Virus record (IMG/VR): IMGVR_UViG_3300037245_002806 | Coordinates: 1 to 64,000 of that record | DNA: 64,000 bases | Direction: 5' to 3' (one strand) | From: a virus | Shown here: positions 10,026 to 20,232 of the stretch, in pieces | Position numbering within the stretch: position 1 is the first letter of the stretch | How the letters are laid out: every line of letters begins with the position of its first letter | Notes under the pieces: model-generated | Told to the model about the DNA's origin: nothing | Seen by the model: the letters and a program-made list of their open reading frames with translations, nothing else | Databases searched by the model: none | Position numbers and translations under genes: made by a program

Positions 10026-10712
10026 TTATTCGTCTGGCCGGCCAGAGGTGTCTGAAACGGCCATTCCCGCCGGCACTTCTACTTCGATAGGTGGAAGCTC
10101 TTCGCCTATTTCGCTTACTTGTACGTAGCTTATCCGCTGCTCTTTTATTATTGCCTGGAAGATCATATCGGGTGGTTCCCTCGGCGGTGGCTCTCCATAA
10201 ACCCCTAGCCCGAGGTTTTGTACCGATACCATAAGCGCCACCCGGCTTTGTAGCAGGCTGACATTATCGTCGAACGGATCCTCCACCATAACGTTGCCCT
10301 TTTCGTCTTTCTTGGGCTTGCCGTCTTCGCCCTTTAAAACCAATAGGTTGCCGCTCAAGGTGCGTTGGATGTGCTCGGCTTCCTTCGCCAGGATACGCCC
10401 CACCCGCCAGGTTAAAAGCTGAACTTGCCGCGAAAGGAAATCCCGAAATATTTCCCGGTCGTCTCGATCCGCGGGTTTAGCGGATTTGCCAGAAAGCATC
10501 GCTTTCCTATATTCGTCTTTTTTCTCTTTCCACTTGTGGCGCGCGGAATACTTGTAAACGGTCTCTGGCTTGAGTTTATATTTTTCTATTATCCTGGCCA
10601 ACGGTACCTCTGGTCCTTGTATTACCTCCACCTCTAATAGGCGCCAAAAACGCTTTTTATTAGACTTTTGCAACTCTAAAATGTCTTTGTTAGGTGCATT
10701 TGTATCTGCCAT
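10026..10712 (-). CDS. Putative terminase small subunit-like HTH protein
   Basis: LARIIEKYKLKPETVYKYSARHKWKEKK resembles the N-terminal HTH of phage TerS proteins. Confidence 0.5.
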   Translation of the reverse strand: MADTNAPNKDILELQKSNKKRFWRLLEVEVIQGPEVPLARIIEKYKLKPETVYKYSARHKWKEKKDEYRKAMLSGKSAKPADRDDREIFRDFLSRQVQLLTWRVGRILAKEAEHIQRTLSGNLLVLKGEDGKPKKDEKGNVMVEDPFDDNVSLLQSRVALMVSVQNLGLGVYGEPPPREPPDMIFQAIIKEQRISYVQVSEIGEELPPIEVEVPAGMAVSDTSGRPDE

Positions 10713-10721
10713 AGTGGACTC

Positions 10722-11429
10722 TTAATATATTCTATTGTCGAAAGTCGTTGGTGTCCGGTAATCTTCTGGCGTATCTGGCATCTTCTCTGGGAACACGTCT
10801 TCAAAGTGCACCTTTGGGAAAACGGTTAGAGCGGAGTCTAGGTTGCAATTGTAGACTTTAACCCTGCCGCGGAGTTTTCTTGCCGCAAGCTCGAATGCCT
10901 CGGTCTGGGCTTTTAGCATGGATGGCGCCATGGAATGACCTGGGTAGAAATGCCCGGCGCCCCCCCTCGGCTTGAGATCCACGGCGATAAGGAAAACTTT
11001 GTCGAACCCTATGTAAGCCGCTACCTGCAACGCAAAGTACGTGGTCCCCCGGTAGAAAGCCCCCTTCCCAAGATCCCAACTCCACCCAAGCTCGTACTTT
11101 CTTCGGTGGAAAAGCCTTTTCCATAGGCTCGCTCTCTGGTTTAGCCCTGGTACCTCGATACACCCGATCCCCGGTATTTTGTCCCAAAGCGGCGCCCGCC
11201 CGGTGGCGGTAAATAAATACTTCAACGGCTTTTTTATGGCTTCTATCTGTGGTGGGTCCACGGCGCAATGGTAAAGAGAAGCGATACGCTCCCACGATCG
11301 GTTGACCCCGATGGTAGGACAATTAATCCGGAGTAGATCATGATCGGCGAGTGACGGCCCGTTGGCAATAATGGCACACCGCCCCCCGGTGTAGCGGTTT
11401 TTGATCTCTCCCGCCGGCTTGGCAAGCAT
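10722..11429 (-). CDS. Maf/DUF115-like (MptE-like/sialyltransferase-like) transferase
   Basis: CAIIANGPSL, TIGVNR, TYFALQVAAYIGFDKVFLIAVD, HFY, VYNCN...LTVFPK. Confidence 0.75.
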   Translation of the reverse strand: MLAKPAGEIKNRYTGGRCAIIANGPSLADHDLLRINCPTIGVNRSWERIASLYHCAVDPPQIEAIKKPLKYLFTATGRAPLWDKIPGIGCIEVPGLNQRASLWKRLFHRRKYELGWSWDLGKGAFYRGTTYFALQVAAYIGFDKVFLIAVDLKPRGGAGHFYPGHSMAPSMLKAQTEAFELAARKLRGRVKVYNCNLDSALTVFPKVHFEDVFPEKMPDTPEDYRTPTTFDNRIY

Positions 11430-11430
11430 C

Positions 11431-11679
11431 CTATCCCGCTATCTTTCTTAGTTTCTCTGCCCGCTCCGGATCTTGTTCCCCGGTCTCTTTTTCCTCCTTC
11501 GGGAAACGCTTCTGCAATAGGTCGGCCAACCTCTCGGTATACCTGGTAACGGCCTCCTGGTGCTCTACTTCTCTCGCCCGCAAGGTTTTTACCTCTTCGG
11601 CGTAAAGATCCCTTTGGATTCGGAGCCTCGATACCTCTTCCCGTAGTCCCTCGATCAAGTCGTCTAGCTTCTGGGTCAT
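11431..11679 (-). CDS. Small coiled-coil hypothetical protein
   Basis: MTQKLDDLIEGL..., ATGA overlap with the upstream gene. Confidence 0.6.
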   Translation of the reverse strand: MTQKLDDLIEGLREEVSRLRIQRDLYAEEVKTLRAREVEHQEAVTRYTERLADLLQKRFPKEEKETGEQDPERAEKLRKIAG

Positions 11680-12542
11680 CGTTTTCCTTCCTCCACTTCT
11701 TCGATCACTTCCTTTAACGCCACCCGCATGGCTTTGGCGCATGGGATGCAGGTAATAAACTGCCCGCCCCCGGTCGGAATTCTGATTATTGGTCCTTTCT
11801 TGCTCTTGCACATCTCGCATTCGTCCCTGGCTTGGATCGGCCCATGGCCGTGATCGGCGCATACAAAGATCGCGCTGTTGCTGTGCTCGTAAACCGTCTC
11901 GGTGGCCTCGTGGCCGCAATAGTAACAGATCTCTTTCGGCGCCTTAAACTCTGGATGGGAGCACACTTGGCGATGTTGGCATTTTGGGCATACGTGGCCC
12001 TCGGTTTGGAATTCCTCTACCTCGTAAAGGAAACAACAACTCTGGCACACGTGCTCGTGCTCACGTGGCGCCGGCGCCGGTGGCCTCAGGAGATCTAGAT
12101 CGGTCTCCGGTAGCTTCTCGCCCGCGCATTCCGTGCATTCGTAAACCTCGCCGCCCTCTGGCCCCTTGGCGGGTCTCACCCGCCGGGTAAGCTGGTCGCA
12201 CGTAATGCAAGCGCCGCAATATAGCGCCAGACCGGCCTTGTTGCCGTCCGCCGCGCATTCGCGCGCCTCTTGCGCATTCGCCGCCATAGCCGCCTTGCAT
12301 GCCGCTGTTGGTTCGGGGGAGGGGGCAGGGGGGTCATTTTGGCACCACCGCCGAAAGAATTCACGCAACGGTTTGACCATATCGCCAACGTTAGCGCACA
12401 CTACACAAAAGTCGATCCCTTTGGCCCGGCACCCGGCTTGGTGCTCTACCGCGCTGGAAACCACGTCATTGGCGCTCTGTACCAAGTCCATTACCATTTT
12501 GGTATCTGCTAGCTTAACTTCCACCTCTGCATTTTTCGCCAC
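11676..12542 (-). CDS. Multi-CxxC zinc-binding hypothetical protein
   Basis: About 10 CxxC/CxxH pairs; AGGAG Shine-Dalgarno before GTG. Confidence 0.7.
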   Translation of the reverse strand: MAKNAEVEVKLADTKMVMDLVQSANDVVSSAVEHQAGCRAKGIDFCVVCANVGDMVKPLREFFRRWCQNDPPAPSPEPTAACKAAMAANAQEARECAADGNKAGLALYCGACITCDQLTRRVRPAKGPEGGEVYECTECAGEKLPETDLDLLRPPAPAPREHEHVCQSCCFLYEVEEFQTEGHVCPKCQHRQVCSHPEFKAPKEICYYCGHEATETVYEHSNSAIFVCADHGHGPIQARDECEMCKSKKGPIIRIPTGGGQFITCIPCAKAMRVALKEVIEEVEEGKR

Positions 12543-12553
12543 TTTTTTGCTCC

Positions 12554-12613
12554 TAGCTTTTGGTGCACCTTTTGCTATAGCTTTTGGTGTAGCTTTTGCT
12601 GTAGCTTTTGCTC
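12554..12613. repeat. Five tandem 12-bp repeats (TAGCTTTTG[G/C]TG)
   Basis: Direct reading; 26 bp identical to 26393-26418. Confidence 0.9.
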
Positions 12614-13002
12614 TATCGGCCCTTAAAGCAACTGTTGGCGCCCGGTTTATTAACGAGTCTCATCTGGTCTACCTTGTGTAAACACTTGTAATGGTACACC
12701 TCTTCCTCCCCTCGAAACCACCGCGCCGGCTTCCCTTCCCATCGGTGGGTACATGGGATCTCGCACCATTCGAACCCGTCGCCGCACCTGGCGCACTTCG
12801 ACCACATCCACCGCTTTATCTCTTGGATGATCGGTACTTGGAATTCCCAATGCCAAAAGTGCCACCGCGGATTTATTCCCCTGTGTCCCTGGTGCAACCG
12901 CTCGTGGTACGGCCCGTAACAAAGATCCCCGCCCTTCGGGTCTCTGTGCCAGATCACCACCACGTGTCGCATATCGAAAGCCACTGTCATCGGATCGTAC
13001 AT
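12613..13002 (-). CDS. Hypothetical Trp/His/Cys-rich protein
   Basis: MYDPMTVAF...PRWHFWHW...CARC. Confidence 0.6.
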   Translation of the reverse strand: MYDPMTVAFDMRHVVVIWHRDPKGGDLCYGPYHERLHQGHRGINPRWHFWHWEFQVPIIQEIKRWMWSKCARCGDGFEWCEIPCTHRWEGKPARWFRGEEEVYHYKCLHKVDQMRLVNKPGANSCFKGR

Positions 13003-13015
13003 TAAAAAGCCCTTT

Positions 13016-13312
13016 CTATACCTTGGTTCTCGGCCATCTCCACCCATAACCCCACCGCGATCGCCGAAACGGAATAAGCCCGCCGATACGCACGCCGAGA
13101 AAATAAAGCCGGCTGACCGTCCATGCTGCACCGCTCGACCACCCGGCTTGTAAACAAACCTCGTCCATGCAATCTCTTAGCTTACGATCGCTGGCAAGGC
13201 GCTCGCGCCAAGTCCCGCCAGTCCAGTATTCTAGATCGTGCACCTCGCAGCATTTCCGCCAGATCCCATCCGGGGAAAATGTGCACCCGTCGCTTTTAAA
13301 GGGGTAGTCCAT
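13016..13312 (-). CDS. Prokaryotic phospholipase A2-like small protein
   Basis: SDGCT...CCEVHDLEY...SDRKLRDC...GVRIGG (DGC...CxxHDxxY pattern). Confidence 0.6.
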   Translation of the reverse strand: MDYPFKSDGCTFSPDGIWRKCCEVHDLEYWTGGTWRERLASDRKLRDCMDEVCLQAGWSSGAAWTVSRLYFLGVRIGGLIPFRRSRWGYGWRWPRTKV

Positions 13313-13833
13313 TATTTTGCCTTTAGCTGCTCGATTTCCTGCTTTTTCTCGGTAAGCTCTTGCAGTAGCGCCCGGATTTTAACAAGGTGCTTTTGACCGT
13401 ATGGACACGTTTCCACGTTGGAGCACCCATGCGGGCAAGATAAATACCATGGTCTTGTCATCGTTTAACCCTCCGGCGCCACGTACCCGGCGCATTCGAA
13501 CCCATCACGGCCCCACGTACCTTGTTTTCTTGCACCTCGGGCAAACCTCCCAATTTTTATCTGGCCGGATCGAATAACGGATCGTTATCCCTGGCCCCGC
13601 GATCGTCGGGGTTTCTATGTGGAGAATATAACCCCACTTGTGGGAGCACGCCCACCGCTCAACCGTGGCTTTAAGGAAGCACCGTAACGTATATAAGCAC
13701 CCCGCCGGCACGCTTCCCCATGTAATGTTTTGTTCGTTCCGCATTAAATCCCCTTTTGGGCGCCGGTGCCTGCATGTTGGGTTGGGCACCGACGCCCGCC
13801 CTCACGCGCCTACGGTCGGCACATGTTCGGATC

Positions 13834-15357
13834 CTATCTACCGCATTTATCGTCCATCTTATCGCCACTAATCGCGATAATAAATAATCCGCCTCCGGTA
13901 TCCCCTGGGCTCAGACACTCCGAACAAGAGGTATGGAATTCCCCGCTCGAAGTCCCCACCGTAAAGGGGTGGTTGTGTGGTTTACCGATATCGAAAAACG
14001 TCCTCTTGCTTAAAGGGTTGCTTATTTCCCCAAGCGTGATCGAAGTAATACACGGCGTGTGGCATTTGCCCTTCCATTCGCATTTCTTCTCGTCCCAATG
14101 CTGCTCCTGGCACTCGGGCTCGCCAACGGGCTCGCAAGCGCATTTCCCTTTCCATTGGCATTTCTTGTAGTCCCACGTTTGCTCGTCGCACTCTTGCCTA
14201 TGGTCTGGCTCGCATACGCACGGCCCCTCCCATCTACATTTGGATTCCGACCACGTTTGCTCGGCGCACTCTGGCTCGCCGATGGGCTCGCAGAGGCAAT
14301 CGCCTTCCCACTGGCACGTTTTCTCGTTCCACGTCTGCTCGGCGCATTCGGGCTCGCCCACTGGATCGCACCAACAATCACACGTCTCCGGGTGGAGGTG
14401 CTCGCCGGGGTCGCATTCGAGAGTACACCCGCAATCGCCCACCCACTTGCACTTTTCCGGATCCCATACCTGGATCGGGCATTCCTTTTCGCCGACGGGC
14501 TCGCAGAGGCAATCGCCCACCCACTTGCACTTTTTCGGATCCCACTTCTGCTCGGCGCATTCTGGTTCGCCAACGGGCTCGCACTCGCAGTCGCCAACCC
14601 ACTTACATTTAATCGGATCCCATTTCTGCTCGGCGCATTCGGGCTCGCCGTCGGGCTCGCAGAGGCAACCGCCTACCCAAGAACAACTCTCATAGTCCCA
14701 TTTCTGTTCCGGGCACTCTGGCTCGGTTGTCGGTATGCACTTGCACCCCCACTTACATATTTCGTCCCCGAGCCACTCGCATTCGAGACCTGGCCCCGAC
14801 GGATCTGGCCCTTTGGTGCATTCGTCGGGCTCGCAATCCACTTCGCAAGGCTTTTCGCAAAGCCCGGTACCGCGCTCGTAATAGGCCAAAAGCTCGACCG
14901 CCGTGTAATACGGGATCGTTCGCGGGGTTTGCCTTTGTACCGAATCGCACTGGATCTTGCACATGCCGCCGTCTTTGTTTTTCGGCATCTTTAAACCAAG
15001 GCGCCCGGTGCTCTGACCATTGGCCAAGGATCTCCGGTGGTCGGGCTCTAAGATGATCTGATCCTCGATCTGGCCGGTCGGATCCTCGTAGCAAACGAAA
15101 ACGAAATTCTCGGCTTGCCCCCGGTTGTTTTGGATCTCGGTGTAAACGCTTTCGCCGTTCGTCCAAAACCGCGCCGTTGCTGTTCGGCTGGTGTCCGGTG
15201 GCGTGTTGTTTGTCGCCGGCTGGTTCGGCGCCGGCGTCGTTACCATGCTTCCCGGCTGTACGCTCGGCGCTGTCGGGTTGTTGCTGCTCTCGCAAGAGAA
15301 AAGCACCGCCGCGCCAAAAAGTGCCGGCGCCAAAAAGTACAAAACGATTCGCTTCAT
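13834..15357 (-). CDS. Cys-rich repeat lipoprotein
   Basis: Signal peptide with lipobox-like LFSC; eight 26-aa repeats EPxGEPECxEQxWDxxKCxWxGxCxC. Confidence 0.8.
   Translation of the reverse strand: MKRIVLYFLAPALFGAAVLFSCESSNNPTAPSVQPGSMVTTPAPNQPATNNTPPDTSRTATARFWTNGESVYTEIQNNRGQAENFVFVCYEDPTGQIEDQIILEPDHRRSLANGQSTGRLGLKMPKNKDGGMCKIQCDSVQRQTPRTIPYYTAVELLAYYERGTGLCEKPCEVDCEPDECTKGPDPSGPGLECEWLGDEICKWGCKCIPTTEPECPEQKWDYESCSWVGGCLCEPDGEPECAEQKWDPIKCKWVGDCECEPVGEPECAEQKWDPKKCKWVGDCLCEPVGEKECPIQVWDPEKCKWVGDCGCTLECDPGEHLHPETCDCWCDPVGEPECAEQTWNEKTCQWEGDCLCEPIGEPECAEQTWSESKCRWEGPCVCEPDHRQECDEQTWDYKKCQWKGKCACEPVGEPECQEQHWDEKKCEWKGKCHTPCITSITLGEISNPLSKRTFFDIGKPHNHPFTVGTSSGEFHTSCSECLSPGDTGGGLFIIAISGDKMDDKCGR
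14060..14740 (-). repeat. 78-bp coding tandem repeats (8 copies plus one short unit)
   Basis: Repeat periodicity visible in both DNA and protein. Confidence 0.9.
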
Positions 15358-15369
15358 GGGTCTAACCTC

Positions 15370-15657
15370 CTATTGTGGTTGTGGTTTGGGGGATTTGGCC
15401 TCTATCTGGATCGCACCGTTCTCTAAAATCCGCACCGTCTGGCCGTCTACCAATTGGATCACCATTTGGCCCGGCATGGGTGGCCCCTCCTCAACGCTTC
15501 TGGCGTCTTCGATGGCTACATCTTCGATCCCTACTCCAGTGAGAGCCGTAAATAATCTTTCGCACGGATCCACCCCCCTATGAACCGCGAAAGCTGCTAC
15601 CAAAAGCAAAAGGGTAAAGTTCACGCTCGCCATTCGCTTTTTAATTGTTTCTAACAT
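15370..15657 (-). CDS. Membrane-anchored hypothetical protein
   Basis: Hydrophobic N-terminal helix; tiled with neighbours. Confidence 0.55.
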   Translation of the reverse strand: MLETIKKRMASVNFTLLLLVAAFAVHRGVDPCERLFTALTGVGIEDVAIEDARSVEEGPPMPGQMVIQLVDGQTVRILENGAIQIEAKSPKPQPQ

Positions 15658-16076
15658 ATCGAGACCTCTGCCTGGCACTGCTCGCACACGATAAAACCGC
15701 CAATGTCGGGCTCTTTCGGATCGAACGCCTCAACCGTGGTGCACTCCTCGGCGCATGGTACTTTCTCGTAACACTCCGGGCACCCGTGCACGTGCTCCCG
15801 CCGCACTTCTATATCACCACCCGCCCGCGCTTCCAAGTCGATGTGTCGAGACCACCCCGTATGCCCGCAATCGGTGCAATAATATTGCCGTTCATAAAAC
15901 GAATTCCGCTGCCCCCCTTGGAATCGTTTGGGTTGTCGCATCTTCCCGGTAAGCACCACGCGATCACGCTGCCCGCCGCCAACCTGGGCTCGTTTCATAT
16001 ACCCAATGGTTCCCCATTTTTTGCGACACTTCGAACACCGAAAGAAAGTCGGTTGCCCGGTACCTGTCCCGCTCAC
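15651..16076 (-). CDS. Zinc-ribbon hypothetical protein
   Basis: Multiple CxxC pairs. Confidence 0.6.
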   Translation of the reverse strand: MSGTGTGQPTFFRCSKCRKKWGTIGYMKRAQVGGGQRDRVVLTGKMRQPKRFQGGQRNSFYERQYYCTDCGHTGWSRHIDLEARAGGDIEVRREHVHGCPECYEKVPCAEECTTVEAFDPKEPDIGGFIVCEQCQAEVSIC

Positions 16077-16711
16077 AGCGCCCCCAGAGTCTTTATCCGC
16101 CGGTTGGTCTCGATGGCTTTAAACCCGATCAACTTCCTTTGCCTGGCTTTCCGGTTGGCTTGCTCCGCCGTCTTTGTCTTGTGGCAGAAATGGCAAAGCG
16201 TCTGTACGTTGGAAAGCTCGAAGCTGCCGCCCTCGTCCAGAGATTCGATGTGGTCTGCCTGCCACAAGCTCGGGCAAGTGCCATGCCATTCCGGTTTTAC
16301 GCTAAAACCTTGGTCCTTTATAACTTGTAGGGCTTTCTGCATCGCCGGCCACTGTCTAATATTGTTTATCCGCCGGCGTAGCTCGGTGCAATCGATCCCA
16401 CACCCACGGCACACCCCCCGATCCCGTTCGTGCACCTTGCTCCGTAGGAACTGGTTATCCGATACAAAGAAATATGCTTCCATGCACTCGTCTGAACACC
16501 ACGACCGCCGGCGTTTGGGGCATGGATCAAGGCAAAGCCGGCACCGTAGCGGTGGCCTCGGTAGTAGCCGGTGCTTGCATTTGGAGCACTTTTTTAGATT
16601 CCACGGCATCCATTTTCCGCAATTCGGGCAGTGAGTGCTCGTTCTGTTCGGAACTGGGAGCACTTCGCCCCGCTTTAACTGCACCAACCGTTGCCTGGCT
16701 TTATCTTTCAT
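16073..16711 (-). CDS. HNH endonuclease
   Basis: VHERDRGVCRGCG...ADHIESLDEGG...SNVQTLCHFCHKTKT. Confidence 0.9.
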   Translation of the reverse strand: MKDKARQRLVQLKRGEVLPVPNRTSTHCPNCGKWMPWNLKKCSKCKHRLLPRPPLRCRLCLDPCPKRRRSWCSDECMEAYFFVSDNQFLRSKVHERDRGVCRGCGIDCTELRRRINNIRQWPAMQKALQVIKDQGFSVKPEWHGTCPSLWQADHIESLDEGGSFELSNVQTLCHFCHKTKTAEQANRKARQRKLIGFKAIETNRRIKTLGAL

Positions 16712-17133
16712 GCCCTTATACCAGTAGAAGATATTTGATCTCTTTCCGGAGATCGCGCTTTGCCCACCTCGGCTCTAACCTTGAGGTGGGTACGGCGTTA
16801 TCGACGTCGTAAATGGAACCGCCGTCGTCGTAACACACGTCGAGATCTCCCGCCTTCTCTAGAGATACCTTTAGCGTTTCGATCAACTTGGAAGTCTTCA
16901 TCGCCAAGTAGCCCCCTTTGTGATCGCCTCGATAACCTGCGCCACCGCCTCGGTGTATTTCGCAACCGTCGTCCGGTGTATCTCGACCACCTTGGCCCAT
17001 GCTTTTTCTTTGTCCACCTCTGGGTAGGCCGCTAAAATCCTGTCGAATTCTTCGCTAGCCTCGATTTGCCGGACGAACCCCGCCGGCAGGTAACCCGCCA
17101 GCGCCGCGGCTCGTACCTTTAACGCTGGCCACT

Positions 17134-17856
17134 TCACCGGCCCCGGCGCCCCACTAACGCGGTGTCCTCTTCTTCGAAAAAGCGCACGCCCGGCACGTTG
17201 GCCCGTTCGCGGTACTCGTTCATATGTTTCCGGATCTTGCCGGTGTCGGGCTCGCATTTCCGAAAGTCGTGTGGGATTAAGCCCTCGTCTTCGATTTCGT
17301 ATTTCCACACCTTCCGGGGTGTCGTGTTCTCCGTCTCCGGTACTTCGGCCTCGATGGCTTCGACCACATCGGTTGCCATGTCGAGCGCCCGTTGCTTCTC
17401 TTTGGCTTCCTGCCGCAAAAGCTCGGCTTGGGCTGCATCTTCCGCTTGGGTTGCCTTCGCCGCGGCCTCGGCGTCGTCGATTTCCTTTTGCTTGGCCGCT
17501 CGCTCTTTGTCTAGGATCTCCTGGCGCCGGCGCTCTTCCTCCGCGGCCTCGTCCCTTATTTTCTTCCGATAGACGTCCATCTGGCTTTTGGTGCGGCGCA
17601 TGGATTTCTCCACCCGATCGATAAACGGATTAAAAAAAGCCAAGGCCGCTTTCCATGCCGCGCGCGCCGGCACTCCGATCTTGTCTCGCTCAGTCTCGAT
17701 GTCCTTTTTGATCTCGGCCATCCTCCCAAGTGCACGATCTGCCTGTTTAAAATGTGCATCTGTTAAAACGGCAAAGTTTTCGCTCCAGATAACTACGGCG
17801 TCCACTTGTTCGGCTTGCTTCGCCGCTACCTTTTCGGCTTGCTCTACATAGTTCAT
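17134..17856 (-). CDS. Coiled-coil phage protein (Gp157/Gam-like architecture)
   Basis: Long coiled-coil, C-terminal WKYEIEDEGLIP...VPGVRFFEE. Confidence 0.55.
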   Translation of the reverse strand: MNYVEQAEKVAAKQAEQVDAVVIWSENFAVLTDAHFKQADRALGRMAEIKKDIETERDKIGVPARAAWKAALAFFNPFIDRVEKSMRRTKSQMDVYRKKIRDEAAEEERRRQEILDKERAAKQKEIDDAEAAAKATQAEDAAQAELLRQEAKEKQRALDMATDVVEAIEAEVPETENTTPRKVWKYEIEDEGLIPHDFRKCEPDTGKIRKHMNEYRERANVPGVRFFEEEDTALVGRRGR

Positions 17857-18038
17857 TTTTCCTCGCTTCCTTTGTCCCCTGCCGAATAACCGTCTTTCGC
17901 CCACCCGTCCCCGTTAAACTGGATCCCATGGACGCCCACCAATAGAGTTTCGCACCGAATGTGCCTGGTGTAGGGCTCGCCCCGGCCAGGATATACCATC
18001 CGGTTGCACGCCTTTTCGCACCGATCACATGTCCACAT
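17853..18038 (-). CDS. FmdB-like zinc-ribbon protein
   Basis: WTCDRC...HIRC...GIQFNGDGWAKDGYS. Confidence 0.55.
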   Translation of the reverse strand: MWTCDRCEKACNRMVYPGRGEPYTRHIRCETLLVGVHGIQFNGDGWAKDGYSAGDKGSEEK

Positions 18039-18892
18039 CGCGTAAAAACCTCTCTCTAAAAGCCGCCACCGAAAGCCCCTCGTTTGGGTCGCTCCAGTCT
18101 CGCACTTGTCGCCCTTGCACGAATCTCGGCACCGTATCTTGGATCTGGGTGGCGTCTTCCCAGTCGTGGGTTTCCGGCAATCGGTTTCGTGGCATCCTGA
18201 ATTCCCGACCGTCGTGGAAAACGGCGATCACCTCTTCATCTTCCCGGTACCAGTCCCGATCCGCCAGAGGATGTATGCTCACCCCGCCCCCTTTGGCGCC
18301 TTATCGCCTTGTAGTTCTCCCCGAGGGTATCGAGACCTTACGCTTTCCGAAACCGCCTCAACGGCCTTGTCGAAAGTCTCGTGCACCCCTTGGTAAACGG
18401 CCACGGTAGGCGCCCACTCTTTAGGGATCGTCGGGCTCTCCCTCTGCTCTGGGATGTCGGCCCACTCGTAATGCCACCCGTCTGGCTTTTGCTCTACAAA
18501 AATACGGATCATTAGTGCATTCGCTCCGGGGTGTCCTGCTCTAAAAGTCGCCCAACCCGGTAATGCCTGGCCGTTTCGGTGGCCGGGCTCTCTTCGTCTT
18601 TGGCCTCGGGGGCGGTAAGGTGGAGCCAATGATCCACGCAATCTTTGGTGGATCGGTAATTGTCGGCGTTTTCGTAAACAAAATGTGCAAACGCACTAAT
18701 GATCACCCGCGCCACTTCCCCGCCGTACCCGTCAAAGAATCCGATTAGGTTGGATTTGCGCATGTTCCCCCCAGGATCGTTCGCCAACGTCGCCCGGTAA
18801 AGCTCGTCCGGGGTGATCCCGTATACATGGAAGAAAGCCCAAAGCTCTTTCGGATCCTGCAAGGTGCACTTGGGATTATCGCAAAGCCGCAT
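18025..18892 (-). other. Three small hypothetical genes (~18025-18282, 18279-18512, 18512-18892)
   Basis: Overlapping stop/start tiling. Confidence 0.5.
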
Positions 18893-18897
18893 AACCT

Positions 18898-19146
18898 TCA
18901 CTCGCTGCCCCCGTTTGGCTGTACCAACGGCCCCGGTGTGATCTCTCCCTCTTTGATTGCCCTTTGGACCTCCAATGTAAGAATTCGCCGGATTAGATCG
19001 CGCCGGTTTCGGCAATCTCGATACGCCAATTTGTCGAGTCCGTTGATCACTTCCTTGTTGAGCCCAACGCTTACGGTTTCGGCGTCCTTTAGCCTGCTAA
19101 ACCTCTTCCCGCCGAACGGTTTTGCCGTTGCTTCGTTTTCTGCCAC
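18898..19146 (-). CDS. Ribbon-helix-helix (CopG/Arc-like) DNA-binding protein
   Basis: TVSVGLNKEVINGLDKLAYRDCRNRRDLIRRIL. Confidence 0.7.
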   Translation of the reverse strand: MAENEATAKPFGGKRFSRLKDAETVSVGLNKEVINGLDKLAYRDCRNRRDLIRRILTLEVQRAIKEGEITPGPLVQPNGGSE

Positions 19147-19209
19147 TGTGCTCGCTCCTCTCTCGAAAATAGGGGAAGGGCTCTTCCCGGTAGCCCCTCC
19201 CCCCGTTAC

Positions 19210-20232
19210 CTACTCGCCCAAGTTCTCGAAGTCCAACCCGGTGTCATCGTCGGGCTCTTGTAGGTATGGATGTTTATGGATCAATATCTCCAGCGCCACC
19301 GTTAACGCCTTGGTTGCCGCAATCGCTTCCTTGGAAACGCCCACGAATTTTTTAAACTCTGCTATGGCCCGATCCCGTTGCGCCTGCATTGTTCGCCCGA
19401 CGGTCTCGGCCTCGATTCGCAATTTCGTTTCCAGATGTGCCGCTGCTCTGGCGATGTTCCGCTCGTCCCGCAAACTCATCCCATCCACCTTTCCCAATAT
19501 CTAGCTAGCACCGCCCCTTGTAGCAACGTTACCAAAACCGCCCCGGTGGCCATCGCCCACCAAAAGCTCCCCGCTGCAATCCCGACCACCCCCGAACAAA
19601 CCACGGCGCCGGCCATCCACCCGAGGATTAAGCATCCAAAGATCTCACTTTTGGGCTTTTGTGGCATCTCGGGCCTTTCCGGCTGCTCTCGCATGGGTGG
19701 ATCTAAGAGATCGTAAACAGTTCGGCCACTCGACTTTCTGTCCATCGTCCGTTACTCCGATCCAATAAACCGACGGCGCCGGCTGTAGCTGCTCGCTCCC
19801 GATCACCAACGGCGTATTTTTTGTAAACTCGCCCTCTCGTTTTGCCGCCTGGTGCGCGTCGAAGTGCCACCCCTGGATCATGGCGGTACAAACCCGCTTG
19901 CCGGCGCTCTTCTCGATTATCGGGCTCAACGCTACCAGATACCAGAGAAGCCCCCTTACCCGGCGCTCGTCCACGCTTAGTTTGGTACCACCCAACCCGG
20001 CAGGGGTCTCGACCAAAACGCCTTGCCATCTGATATTGGAATAAACCACATCGCCGAATGCCTTTGGCTTGTAAAGGCGCCGCAACTCCGCGATCCCGTT
20101 GCCGCCGAAATGGTACCTGCACCCCGCAACCGCGGCCAACTCGTCGAGTAGGATCGAATCGTTTACCTTGGTAATACGCTCCGCCAGCTTGATCTCTTCC
20201 TCGCCGAGCATAAATACTATTTTGTCTCTCAT
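19210..20232 (-). other. Three hypothetical genes (19210-19497; 19476-19745 with two TM helices; ~19645-20232)
   Basis: Tiled minus-strand ORFs. Confidence 0.5.

Noticed and set aside
12543-12660. Programmed frameshift fusing 12613-13002 to 11676-12542
   Set aside because: The frames overlap openly, but there is no canonical slippery heptamer and the downstream gene has its own AGGAG Shine-Dalgarno.
14022-14994. Overlapping ORFs across the Cys-repeat gene
   Set aside because: Shadows of the 78-bp repeat; no independent start signals.
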